A stretch of 64,000 bases of DNA from assembly GCA_977016875.1 (NCBI GenBank), contig CDRNST010000128.1:310001-374000 (forward strand), written 5' to 3'. The notes beneath the pieces are model-generated. The model saw nothing but the letters and a program-made list of their open reading frames with translations, had not been told where the DNA came from and searched no databases. This document shows, piece after piece, positions 25,401 through 36,987 of the stretch. The stretch is from Pavona decussata (Eukaryota). A program made the position numbers and the translations under genes. Every line of letters starts with the position of its first letter. Position 1 is the stretch's first letter.

Positions 25401-28400
25401 TTTACTAGTAATCTGCCGGTTTTTATTCCGCGCTGCAGAATTTAAAGAAATCGGCCGACGAACTCTAATGTGTATATGTGCCCATGCGATTGACCAACAA
25501 TCATTATCATTCCTTAGCACTCCTGGAGCAACAAATGTCTTCCACAGACCAGATCAAACGGAACAGCTAAGGGTGCCTTCAATTAACGCTATTAACGGCA
25601 TTAGAGAGGCGGCGTAGCCTAGTGTTTAGGACGCTGCTCTTGTAATCTGGAGGTCCCCCTTCAAGTCCTGCTCTGACCACTTGGTTTTGTTTTATGGTAG
25701 CCCTGTTTTCATATCCAACTGGTTTGCTTCCCAGCAATTGGGATTTTTAACAAATGTTATGTTCAGTTTGTATATTTATTTTACTGATTTATAGTGTCCC
25801 TAATTAGCACTGTAGTGCTTAATACTTCGACTGTTCTTTATTTAATTTATTTTTATCGGCCGCAATAGGAATTCATACCATGATCACTAGGAATTTCTCG
25901 TGATAGGTTTTTGGAGTTACTGGAATACAAAATGGCCCCTAAATTATCGTCCATCATCGAACGTTTGTAGACACGTTTTCCCAAATTTATCTAAAAGAAA
26001 AAAGCTATTCTTCTTTTACTTATCCCGGAAAACGGTCAATCGAAAGTGACCTAAATTAGCATTTTAGGTCAGTGTCCGATCCGCGAAGCGGATTTTTGTT
26101 TGATTTTGTAATAAGTGGAATTCTGACAATATAAAGAAATGGCCGTAAGCTGAATGCGGCTGAGCTCGAGTGTTACTGGTTGAGTGACCGAGGTCAGTAA
26201 CAAAAACCGTTTCTGGTGATTGCACATGAACAAAACATGGGAAAATATTTACACTCGGCGTCAAAGGAACCGCTATATGTTGACCAAACAACAATGATAG
26301 TCATGGCAACACAGTTAGCAGAAATTAAATTAACCACAAATTTGTAAACGAGGGCGCAATTGATTACGAAAGAAGTCCCAAAATCAATCTCCCAAGCTTT
26401 TTTATGACTTTTTATTTGTATTTTCTACCATTCCACTCATCCAGAAAATCGCGGTCTGTTGCGTACAAAACACGGGTTAATGATTACACAACGCCTTAAA
26501 TTATTTTAATTTCAAAGCCACTATATAACATGTCTGAAAAGATCAAAAGACTTCGTTAACTAAATACCTGATAGCTTCCTATCTGTAAATGCAATAAAAT
26601 CCAATTCACAGAGATCACAAACACACTGGTTTAAGATTTAACACATGCAGGCAAGAAAAAAATGTTTAGATTCTCATCCCTGTATATAAACATTTCAGAG
26701 ATAATTCTTAGTGTTCACGGTTTTCGTAGTTTGACAAACAAAAGTAAGTCGCATTTTTTACGTTATTAATAAAAGGCAATGGTAATGAATGTTGTTGAAT
26801 GTTGTTGTTGTTGTTGTTTCTCTGTTAATGGTAATGAAGCCTGATAAACCTTTTTGCTTATCATAATATGTTTCTGTTAGAAATTTTGACCTTAATTGAT
26901 CGTGCGCAAACCGCAATTAAATAGATAAAACGATTGACCAATAAAAACGTTCCTGTTAAGATATTCAATAGTAGTGTTTAGGGTTGCGCACGGTCGCGGT
27001 CCTTCCAACATAAATTGCAGCAAGGCAAAGTTTCATAACGAGTCCCTCAATTAACTTTGATTTTTACGAGATATTATATTAGCAATGGAATTTTTAGTGC
27101 TGATCATAAATTCCGAAGTAGAGGAGTGTAGTGTTAAAGCCCCCCTAATAAACCATGAGATAAGTCATATTGTAGACCTTATAAACACTGCATTCAGCAG
27201 ACCAGCCATTGGATAACATGCTACCGTTCAGGACGCATCGAAGACAAATTATAAAATAACGTTTTTGTTAATCTATATGCCAATAGTGTTTGTCTCGTTT
27301 GCAATAACACGTGCCGTTGTCGGTGGGACTGTGTGCATGGTTCAGTCCGCGGCTTAACATAGCTGTTGGCATAGTTGGCATATGCATTTTCCAGTGGGAT
27401 CACGCAAAAAGTTGCGGTGACAGAACTTAATTGGGACCTTAAGAAAAGACGAAGACGACGCCAACGAAAACAGAATTTAAAAAAAAAACATTCACGTTTT
27501 CTGAATAAATTCACTTTAATTTGTATTCATTTAGTTTTAACGTAGCCTGACTACCCAGGATCTAACGTCGTAGGGGCGGTTTTAAAGTTCAGAAACTGAT
27601 AAGCAAAATGAATCATCATGCGTTGTATGACGTTCTCTTTAATCCTTGAATGTGGTCATTTCACGTTGTTGTTTTAGAAGGGTCGGCTAAGAAATTTACT
27701 GCAAAGTACAATGCATCTGCAAAGCCATTTTTCGTTGCTGATTAAAACTATTGTTTACTGCCTTTCTCGTTTGTATCGTCGATGTCGCTAGTTAAGGTCA
27801 ATTTGTTTGATTCTTGTCCGATGGCACCACACGTTTCTGCGCGCGGGTTATTACCGTTACGGTTAAATAAATAACCAGAACAATTCTCTAACTGTTTGAC
27901 GTTTTAAAGCAAGCTGAAAATTCAGAAGTTCACGACTTGAAAGTGCAAGATACGGTATAACCTTATTGTTCCCCCTCTGTATAGCGAAAATATAACTGAC
28001 GTCACCTATTGACAAAGAGTTCTTTGGTGGCTAGCAAGCTTAATAACCAAGATGTGCAAATTGGGTGTTAACAGAAACGTAACTTTGGATAATCGACTGC
28101 ATGATGCACCATTATTGAAGGAAACGATCGTTCAAAAAAGAAGAGGAATTGAAATATTTCCGATCGTTAATCAAGCGTATTTTTTACGGCTGGCTAGAAA
28201 CTAAATATTGGTCCTCAAACTGAAAAATGAAAATTTACTGTTATTTTAATCTGTAAAATATTTGAGTGTCGATGCTATTGATGCCCTCAAAGGACTGAGT
28301 AGCGAGAATGTTGCTCAGGAGCTAACTGCATGTAGGTATAGGCCAGGTTGCTCACGAATAGAACATAAACTCAGGCGAAATAATTAATTTTATTCGCCTT

Positions 28401-28723
28401 TGAGATGACATCTACGTTCAACTTCAAGATCCCATTTACTTAAAGCAAACAGAAGGGACGAAGAGCGAATTCTGTACAGGTCTCGGAAAACTGATTCTAT
28501 CAATCTCGACATTTTTTTAACATCGATCGCTGTCGGTTACAAAACATACTTATATTTTCCAACATAGAGTGCAGTGCAGTGCAGTGCTGAGTTTCCGAAT
28601 TAAAGTAAAAACCGAAAAAAATCTAGCTAGTTTTACAGGCCTATATCACACTGTATTGGAAATAAACAAGCACTTACCGATAAAAGCGAGGAAAAAGACG
28701 ACAAGCATGCCCCGAAAATCCAT
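21002..28723 (-). CDS. SAARP/CARP4/acidic-SOMP family skeletal organic matrix-like protein, 5 coding exons, ~322 aa, with signal peptide and hydrophobic C-terminus
   Basis: Exons (minus): 28723-28678 (MDFRGMLVVFFLAFIG), 24387-24127, 23434-23280, 22125-21865, 21247-21002; 969 nt with consistent phases. Family motifs: ASISLRIFIFKEEGNLTFGDDSF..QNGTIKFFIKVKNFPFCDG..C..GEYF; MPSGYPK..FIFKGPRF..SIVFDP. Asp tract followed by a hydrophobic tail. Confidence 0.85.
23740..23890 (+). mobile_element. CR1/L2-type LINE 3' remnant
   Basis: Translates FQGPKFYNSL...SSIASFKRSLKS, the typical ORF2 C-terminus of L2/CR1-group elements. Confidence 0.5.
25605..25850 (+). mobile_element. tRNA-derived SINE (Nin/Deu-domain-like)
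   Basis: tRNA-like head GGCGGCGTAGCCTAGTG...TTCAAGTCC, then core CCAACTGGTTTGCTTCCCAGCAATTGGGATTTTTAAC. Confidence 0.6.
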
Positions 28724-30299
28724 GACGCCTCAGATACGGTGGCTTCACAGAATATTCTTGAGTGCTAAAATCTGATCTTTGTATAATTAAAAATAGGCCT
28801 TAATCACGAACTCACACGGTGTTTATTTGCATTTCAAAAGGTTGTCACCATAGCAACCTTTTGTTTAACAAAAAGCCAAGAAACAAATAAGCACTTGCTC
28901 ACCAACGCATGTCGACAAGGGAAGACTGGATTGGAAGAGGAATTTTGGATTTACGTTTGATCTTTGACACAGATAACTTCGCTATTTTGGACGGGAAAGT
29001 GAGACATTGGGCACAAGGCCTTTCAACAACAATTTTTTCTCCCTCCATGAAAATCTTTTCAGCATATGAGTTGCTATTTGATTCAGTTATCCAAAAAATG
29101 TATAAATGGAACGTCTGGCTTCCTCCCACGCCATATTAAATAACTGAAAGTTAAATCTCTTTCAATCTAAACTTGAATAGAAGAACCCTTTTTCTAGTTA
29201 ACCAAGAAATATTATCGATTATTTCAAATTTTTTGAGGCTGAGTGATAATTCCTGTACTAACACTGACGAAGTTGTACATAGAATGGTTATCACTTGCTA
29301 CGAGAGAACTACAACGCTTTAGAGATCTCTTCAAGAACCGGAACTTCAAAACCTCAACCTTGCACTCAAATTAGATGTTACGGTTGATACGGTGTGTAAT
29401 TAAAATTCAATTAAGTTCGTACAACTTATTAATAGCCGTGACGGACAACCTTTCCATAGTGTCTACTGTTACGCCTGGAATTTATGTTATTTTACTCTGT
29501 TTGTGTTGTTGCCGTTTGCTAGGCTTCTAGTTATTTCCGTTCACGCCTTCATAAGCAGCATTTGGTTGAATTAGCCCTTTATTGTTCGCTTACTATTGTT
29601 CTTGATTATATGCTTTTTTGCTGCATATCGTATATATCGCTTGGACATGTAATTTTTGCTTCAGTGCGCTCTGTTGAGTTTAGGTCATTTGTTTTATGCT
29701 CGTCCAACATCCACAGCGTGTTTCGTATCTTGAGTCACAAGCGTCCGTAACTTTCGCGTTTGCTTTGTTTGTTTGTTTTGTTCAGTTTGTTTTGTTTTTT
29801 TCGCATTGGCCTTCTTTTATTTGTTCAGTTGTTGTGATAAATTTTATCTTTACTTTGCATTTGTTAATTTATTTCAAGTGCCGCTTCACATCGTTTTCTA
29901 GTTGTTCAAATAAAAAAATGGTTTCGCGCGTGAACGGCGTCTGTGAGTTCCGGCTACTGTTTAAAAGATAACGTTGGTCTCATTAGTAGCGCATGCGCTT
30001 CTATACCGGCCTTCAATCAAAAAATCCAGCTCCCGATCCAAGATGGCATCGTCAAGCGCGGCAAGGTTTATTAAGAGTGAATGTGACATCATACGCACTG
30101 TGCTTTGAAGTGCGTTTCCATACATGAAATGGTGAAGTTCGACTTCCTTTAGTCGGTAAAAGTTAAGGTCTCCATCTTGCTCGTGCTATATCACCATGAT
30201 CGATTAAAAACTATTTGGAATGATTTATTGTTTTTGTAAAGTTAACCTTGTTTCACTGTATTATCTGGTTTACACAGTAGCAAACCAATTTTACCTGAC

Positions 30300-30500
30300 A
30301 TTCAAATCCGAGCAGTATGTAGGATGTTTGTCCCATTAAACCTTTGGCCTTAGTTCTCACGAGTCTCCTGTAGCTCAGTGGTAGAGCATCCGACGGACCT
30401 AGTAACGGGAAGGTCTTAGGTACGACTCCTGATAGGAGCACTCGAATTTCCTTTTTTCCGAGATTGCCTGTGTCGCTCACTGAATAGTACATCATTCTCA
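30300..30500 (+). mobile_element. tRNA-derived SINE-like repeat
   Basis: CTCCTGTAGCTCAGTGGTAGAGCATCC (A box)...GGTACGACTCCTGATAGGAG (degenerate B box); related fragment at ~13340. Confidence 0.6.
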
Positions 30501-30519
30501 TACTTCATTATTATTAATC

Positions 30520-31825
30520 CACAATATATGGCACGGCGGCCCACTCATTCACTCTCTGACAATGACACCCTGTACAGCTGGAGGTCGCGGCCCCAAGGAA
30601 GTTACTACGACCTACAAAGTAACAAGAATAAAGACAGCATTACGGATTACAGCTAGCAAAGACCAGAAATTGCGAGCAGTGACGACTTCCCAACAAGTAA
30701 AGGAGAGCAAAGGCAGGAGATCGATGCTTAAGGATGCAAATAAATATGCCACTGAACTTAAGTTAGACCTGGAGCTAGATGGAGATCCGGAAATTTCATT
30801 TTAGTCAACGGAAAGTCATACCTACACTGTGACCAGCCTGAACGGCACCAAACGGGACTTGCACAAAGCACGCAAAAACTTTACGAAGTCGGAGATCAAA
30901 GAGAGCAAGTGGCAAGGGAACATTGTATGTCAGAGGTTGGGGGATGAAACAATAGTTCTGTCGGACTGTTTTGACTGGAGTGGGAATTGCGCATTTCAGC
31001 GCCAACTTGTACGATCCGGTGGTGTAAATGAGATATACCAGCAAATGTCAAGAACAAGAGTCAGAGAGGAAATGATAGGACTGACATCTGACAGATTGTG
31101 CCCAAAGTGCCACCAATATCCTGAAACAGTGGAGCACATTCTATCTGGATGCCCAGAGTTGGCGCAGAGACAGTAACTTTGAAGGCACAACGATGCATTA
31201 AAAAAGGGTTCTGATTGAATTACTGATAGCCTATAAGTTTAAAGAGAAGCAGTTATCCCTAAGACAGGAGCCTCACAGCAATTACAACACTGCTTGATGT
31301 GGAAATGCTATGGGATTGCACTGTCTTTACGGATAGACGCCTGGAGGAGGAGGGTAACAGGCCAGACCTTGTTGTCACTGATAGAAGGGAGAAAGTGATT
31401 AATGTTGTAGAAATGGCGTGTCCAAGCTGGAGAAATGAGCGCGACACCGACACCCGCAAGACAGAGAAATACAGAGCGGTGAGGAGGGAACTGATGGAAA
31501 GGAATGAGAGTGCCAGAGTCCAACAGACGAACATTGTTGTGGATGTCCTGGGAGGATACGATAGGAAAGTGAAGAACGACTTGATCAGTTTGTTAGGAAG
31601 GTCTAAGACAAACAAAGTCTTAGGCAGTATGCAACGAACCATTCTGCTGCATTCTATAAGAATTATGAACATTGCACTTTCACACTAGATTACGTTACGT
31701 TACGCTGTCTTTGTATATTTGCCCTTGTACACCCACCGGTACCCCATAAAAGGTGAAAGGAGCTTGGCATTAGGTCCTTCCGTATAACCTAAGACCAAAC
31801 ATGAAACTAATTACAGGCAATTGCC

Positions 31826-31826
<1 letters not shown>
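30520..31826 (+). mobile_element. 5'-truncated, degenerate RLE-type non-LTR retrotransposon (R4/Dong/NeSL-like)
   Basis: RT thumb remnant GGRGPK..YKVTRIK; zinc knuckle CPKC..PETVEHILSGC followed by RHND; endonuclease WD...NRPDLVVTD..VVEMACP..KTEKY. Several in-frame stops and frameshifts. 3' UTR ends in (GAAA)n. Confidence 0.85.
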
Positions 31827-31869
<43 letters not shown>

Positions 31870-31890
31870 AGGAAAGAAGGAAAGAAGAAA
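31826..31890. repeat. (GAAA)n microsatellite at the retroelement 3' end
   Basis: Directly visible. Confidence 0.85.
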
Positions 31891-32289
31891 CGGATGACTT
31901 CACATGGGCTACCTGTGCCTGAATTGAGATTTTGCATTAATTTTTTTCCTCCTGAATTACTTTTTCTTCAAATTTCACTTCCTTCTTCAATAAATCTTTA
32001 AAGGACCACACGACGCACAAATAAACTGTACGTTCTGGAGATGCACTTGCCAGACGTCACTTTACGTGTAAATAAACCAAACTTAATGCAGGGCTGACAC
32101 TACGGCAAAGGGCAATATTTCAACTAGCGGTGACTAGTCTTCTTCAAAGGCAGATCTAGAGTTACAATGATTGAAAATATCGGCTCCAAAAATTTAAGTT
32201 TGACAGTAAATATGTTTTAATTTACTGAAAGTAAGCTAGCAGGTTTTAAATGCTGCCTTTAAGAGACCTTCCTTTCAAAACAAGTATTT

Positions 32290-32512
32290 AATACGCATCT
32301 ATCGACGCAAGCACAAGCACAAGCATAAGAGCTTTATGTCAAGTGAAAACGAACGCGACGCAAGCACAAGTGACAAGCCAAAATTTTGATCCTTGTGCTT
32401 GAGCTTGCGCTTGTGCTTATGCTTGCGTCGAGCGGGCCGTTTTCACGGTGAAAAAAGCATTCTTGCACTTGCGCTAGTGCTTGGTGTTTGTGTCGCTAGT
32501 GAATACGCTTTT
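32290..32512. mobile_element. Degenerate MITE with (GCACAA)n/(TTGTGC)n inverted subterminal repeats
   Basis: CGACGCAAGCACAAGCACAAGCATAAG ... CTTGTGCTTATGCTTGCGTCG ... GTCGCTAGTGAA. Confidence 0.55.
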
Positions 32513-33802
32513 TAAAGCCTTTTATCATTTCGAGCATGTTCGAAATGATAAAATTCATAAGTTTTGATTGCTCAGATAAGGATTTTTTTTCACAGGCGGA
32601 GTTTCAAAACTGGGAGACAATGCATGCTACGATTACTGTGCAAATTTAATCAATTTATCTTTTTTTATTTCATCTGTGCGGAATTGAAACTACTCAATGT
32701 GTTTAACCAAGACACTACTTGTCTTTTGTTCACTTGAACCGCCAAATAAAACGCAAATCGTCAAATCTACAATACAGTAGTTGTCATTAGCTTTTTATTA
32801 TTGTACTGATTATTAGACAGGTACGTAATGAAAAAGACGGGACCAACGATATCTTAAAAACACAAACTGTCCAAAAATAATGAAACCCTAACGGTAAAGA
32901 CAATTATTTTTAATTTATTATGCTCTTTGGGCGAACAACCGCCGGTCTATTCTTAAGAATATACATTTGTCTAGTCTTAATGGCGTTCTTTAATAACGTG
33001 TCCATTCCTCAGAGACAAGGATTTATTAACCAATCAAGGCCTTTCTTAAATTAGTTTGAGTGGTAGACAACGAACCGCACAAAATGACTTATTTTGCTCA
33101 TTAGCAAATTGAACCAAAACTCTTTTTTTATCAATTCTGTGGCTGCGATGAATTTAAAACGTTTGCATTAACAAATGTCACGTTTAATGATAGCTAGAGT
33201 ACTCAAATGCTCTTCAACGCCAATATTAATCTGTTTTTTGGTGATTGTATCGTGCCAACATTTTACAGTGTAAATACAAATAACAAATGGCAATAAACAC
33301 CAGAAGGCATTGTGTCTTTGCGGACTTCCGTGAGTGGAGATAGTGGACCTGAATTTATTTGCATAAAAATGATTGTAAAGATTCAAGTAATTTCAATTTG
33401 CAATTTTCTCGACGGCTTATAACAAAGTGAAAATTACAACCTTTGTTACACGGCTAATCAATTTTTTTTGTGGGGGTCTACAATGTATGCCCCAATATAA
33501 TACTTGTAACTACTGCATTGGAGTTTAATTTGGTGATTTGAAAATGAGTCAATTTTCTGTACATGAGCTTTTCTTGAGTGAATTACCCCCTCCCTACCCC
33601 CGACTCTGAAGCAGGATTAATAAGCGGAAGAACAAACTGCCCATGAAATAATTTATTCACAACGGGCTTTTAGTACAAAAGTGATATTAGTTGCAAACAA
33701 GCGATCTAATCTTACTAAGTGAATGCCAAAAGTAGGCCGGCAGCCGTATTGACTAGTCGCGAGTGACAGGAAACACGCATTAGATTTCTTTAAGGCTAAA
33801 AA

Positions 33803-34879
33803 ATGGCGAACGGCAACAGCTCTTCGCATGTTGACCATTTCGACGATCTTGCGAGGAAGCTGGAAACACGATCAACTGCTGTCGTTGTTTTAGAAGCTGG
33901 GTTCTTCCTGATTATCGACTTCGCGACATTATTTGGAAATTTCCTTCTCTGCGCAGTTTTATTGCGAAGCTTTTCGCTTCGGAGCATCACCAATATATTG
34001 ATATTTGCTCTTTCGATCACCGATATTCTCATGGGAGCTGTGTGCATGCCTCTTTCGAGTGCTGCACTGATCCAAGGCAGGTGGCCTTACGGAGATATTG
34101 CCTGCAAACTTCAATGTTTCTCGATCTATTTCTTAGCTTTTGTGTCGCTCCAAACCATCGTTATTACATCTCTTCACAGATTTTACCGAGTTGTAAAGCC
34201 CACGAGGTACCGACGCATTTTTACGGTGAAGAAGACGGTTGCAACGTTGATTGTCGTGTGGATTTCTACGGCTCTTATTCTAGCCATACCACTGCTCACT
34301 GGGACTCTTGACGCAGCATTCAATCCGGCCAAAGCCGCTTGTGTGATATTCAAAAAGGGCTCGGCAATGGAACATAAGAGTTATCCAGCTATTTTGAGAG
34401 GGCTCTTGCTGTTGTTATTCGCCATCATTCCTACAGTTGTCATGTGTATTTGCTATTTCAAAATATTCAGGGAAGTTGGGGAACATCTGAAGCGTGTCGC
34501 GCCGAATTTAGCGCAAAGCGGCAGCCGCCGTAAATCTCGAGCACATTCGCGCGAGATGCGAACAACAGTAACTCTTTTTGCCGTGGTTGTTATGTTCGTT
34601 TTGAGTTGGTTGCCTGTTTTTGTGATTGAAATTATTCAGGCGTTTGCCATTGATTGGTGGGAAATTCCTCGTGAGGTTCAACTTCTCTGGACGTTTTTTG
34701 GAAGTTTTAGCAGTGCTGCCAATCCTCTGGTGTATGGCTTAGCAAATTCATCTTATCGCCAAGAATATAAACGACTATTAACATTTAAATGGAAGAAACC
34801 AAAATCAAATGGCATGGGTAACAACGAAGAAAGCAGATCGGTATCGGTTGTGTCGGTGACATTCAATCCTCCATCTTGA
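33803..34879 (+). CDS. Intronless rhodopsin-class GPCR (cnidarian melatonin/amine-receptor-like orphan), 358 aa
   Basis: 7 hydrophobic segments; GN (TM1), LSITD (TM2), C3.25, HRF in place of DRY, SWLP (TM6), NPLVY (TM7). Confidence 0.95.
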   Translation: MANGNSSSHVDHFDDLARKLETRSTAVVVLEAGFFLIIDFATLFGNFLLCAVLLRSFSLRSITNILIFALSITDILMGAVCMPLSSAALIQGRWPYGDIACKLQCFSIYFLAFVSLQTIVITSLHRFYRVVKPTRYRRIFTVKKTVATLIVVWISTALILAIPLLTGTLDAAFNPAKAACVIFKKGSAMEHKSYPAILRGLLLLLFAIIPTVVMCICYFKIFREVGEHLKRVAPNLAQSGSRRKSRAHSREMRTTVTLFAVVVMFVLSWLPVFVIEIIQAFAIDWWEIPREVQLLWTFFGSFSSAANPLVYGLANSSYRQEYKRLLTFKWKKPKSNGMGNNEESRSVSVVSVTFNPPS

Positions 34880-36987
34880 ATGACTGCAGGGAGGATTTAC
34901 TGCTTTGACTGCAAGAGTGAAGGATATTTGACATAACCTCGATTCACTCGACTAAGGGGAATGTAAAATCTGCGTTAGTTGCAATCCAGACAATGCATCC
35001 ATCTTGAATGCAAACGAGGATTCGAAAGTGCTTATGTGCGATCATATCTTTTATAGATACTAACTACGAAAAAAACGACAAGAATGATTCCTTTACGTAG
35101 CGATCACAACTTTAAATCTTGCATTTTGCCGGAATCGAAAAGTGACATTTTTTTTCCAAATGTAAATCCAAATATTCTTCAAGTTCGTAATCGTCTGTTG
35201 ATAGCTTATAACCACCTGTGCAGAACTTTTATAAAATATTCATGTGCTTGCAACCCCAACATCTATTATAATCATATCACTTAAATAAAGATAATGTTGA
35301 AATAGACAAAAATGCAGTGCTAATGACCAAAGAGGATGTTATGCTTGTTCGGAGGCAGAAAATATATACGAAAAAAAATGAAATACTTCCAAATGAGATG
35401 CAAATGCCATGTAAATACGTCTCGAGGTATTTTTCTCCTTCAAATTAAAAACTATTAAATAATATTTATTTGCTGAATGGAACAAGTAATATGCTAATAA
35501 CTTGCAGCCACAATTTCACGATAAGAAGAAGAAGAAGCGTTTATCCGTAAAACTATCGCTCTAAAAAGCGAATTGCGATATCACTACAAAGAATATTAAA
35601 AATAATTTAAAACGGTTCCAGGGTTTATTTATGGAGCTGGGCCTTGCGTAATAGTTCTCTGGCATTCTCCAACAAGTTTCACTGAAGCCTTTCGTTTAGA
35701 CTCGGGATGACACCTAGATATCAGGGGGGTGATAAGAACCGAGACTTGTTACTTCCTAGTAATTCCTAAACCCACCAAAACATTTCTTTCTTCCCATATT
35801 TCGTGATAGCAGTCCAACATTGAAATCGAAAGAACGGCTCACGAGACGGACATTAATAACATCCCGTAAGGGGGGCAGAAATTTCTTCACGTGACAGCTT
35901 GTCAATATAAAGGCGATTTTTCTATCCCGACGCGGAATAAAAAAACTAGTGAAAAATAATTGGAACGGCCTTTCGTCGTATGTGACGATGGTGGGGCTCA
36001 ACGTCCTCCGTTTGTTCTCCACTAAACTGATTTTGTTCAGCTTTTCCAAAGTTCTAAAACTCGCCTGGTGTTTGATATCTTTATACGCTTCTAAAAAGAA
36101 AGCTGGATGCGTAAAGGGAAAAGAAGAAACATTTAAACTACAGTGCAAGCCACCATACAGTTTGGACTACGGTGTGATGTGGGGCATACGGGGAAAGGGG
36201 AGGGGGAGTTTAATATCATTCTCAGAGGCTATCCATTGGATTCTGTAAATTAATGTTCTATTTAGGAAGCGTGGTTTTATTTTTCAAAGAAAAAGTAAAC
36301 AGACAAACAAACAAAAAGCAGAACCAAACAAGAAACGGGTTTAATCATTATCCTGCACTTTTGAGTTGCGTGTTTTATTAAATTTATAAACAAAAGATCA
36401 TATCTTATGTCCTTTTATTTTTGCGTCGCCAGCGTCGGAAAAATACATACGTTTTCGGAAAAATCTTGAGCCGTTAAGTCAATTTCTGAAAACCGCGGAA
36501 GTTAACACTATTCGCTGAAAGAAGTCTGAATTACTTCCGTTTATTCCTTTCTTACTGTTGCCTTCTATACTCTATAGCAAATTTGGATCCCTCGTTTGTG
36601 TAAAAACACTGGAATATTATTTATTAAATCAAAATTTATTGTTTTCTGCTATTTTTACCGTGTTGAGTAAATCAACTAATTTAGGGGGTCACGAGGTATG
36701 TGGCAATATATGCATAGCACTCCGGACTGAAACGTCCCTTTGTGTTCCAAGGTTTTCTCTGCTAGAAGCCTACCTGAGGCGGTCAGCTCGCTGGTTACCA
36801 GGGTTCACATAGAAGTTTTAAATTTAATAAGCTAGATTAAAAGTGCTTTCAACGATATGTTGTGCTTGTTTTATGTTAGATATCCCTGTGATGATTTTAC
36901 GCTGCCCCTTGGTACTGTGGGATACTGACAACATTACCGCCATCAGGGGCATGGATAATACTTCTTCTCAGAAGGTTCATGTCGTAC

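Noticed and set aside
28899-29139. Overlapping 76-aa ORFs upstream of the SAARP-like gene
   Set aside because: No recognisable motifs; more likely a 5' UTR exon or promoter, since the signal-peptide exon starts at 28723
30366-30440. Possible tRNA gene
   Set aside because: A box is present but the anticodon arm and B box are degenerate; embedded in a dispersed repeat with a related copy at ~13340, so SINE-like
33803-34879. Possible opsin
   Set aside because: The position equivalent to rhodopsin K296 (six residues before the N of NPxxY) is Ser
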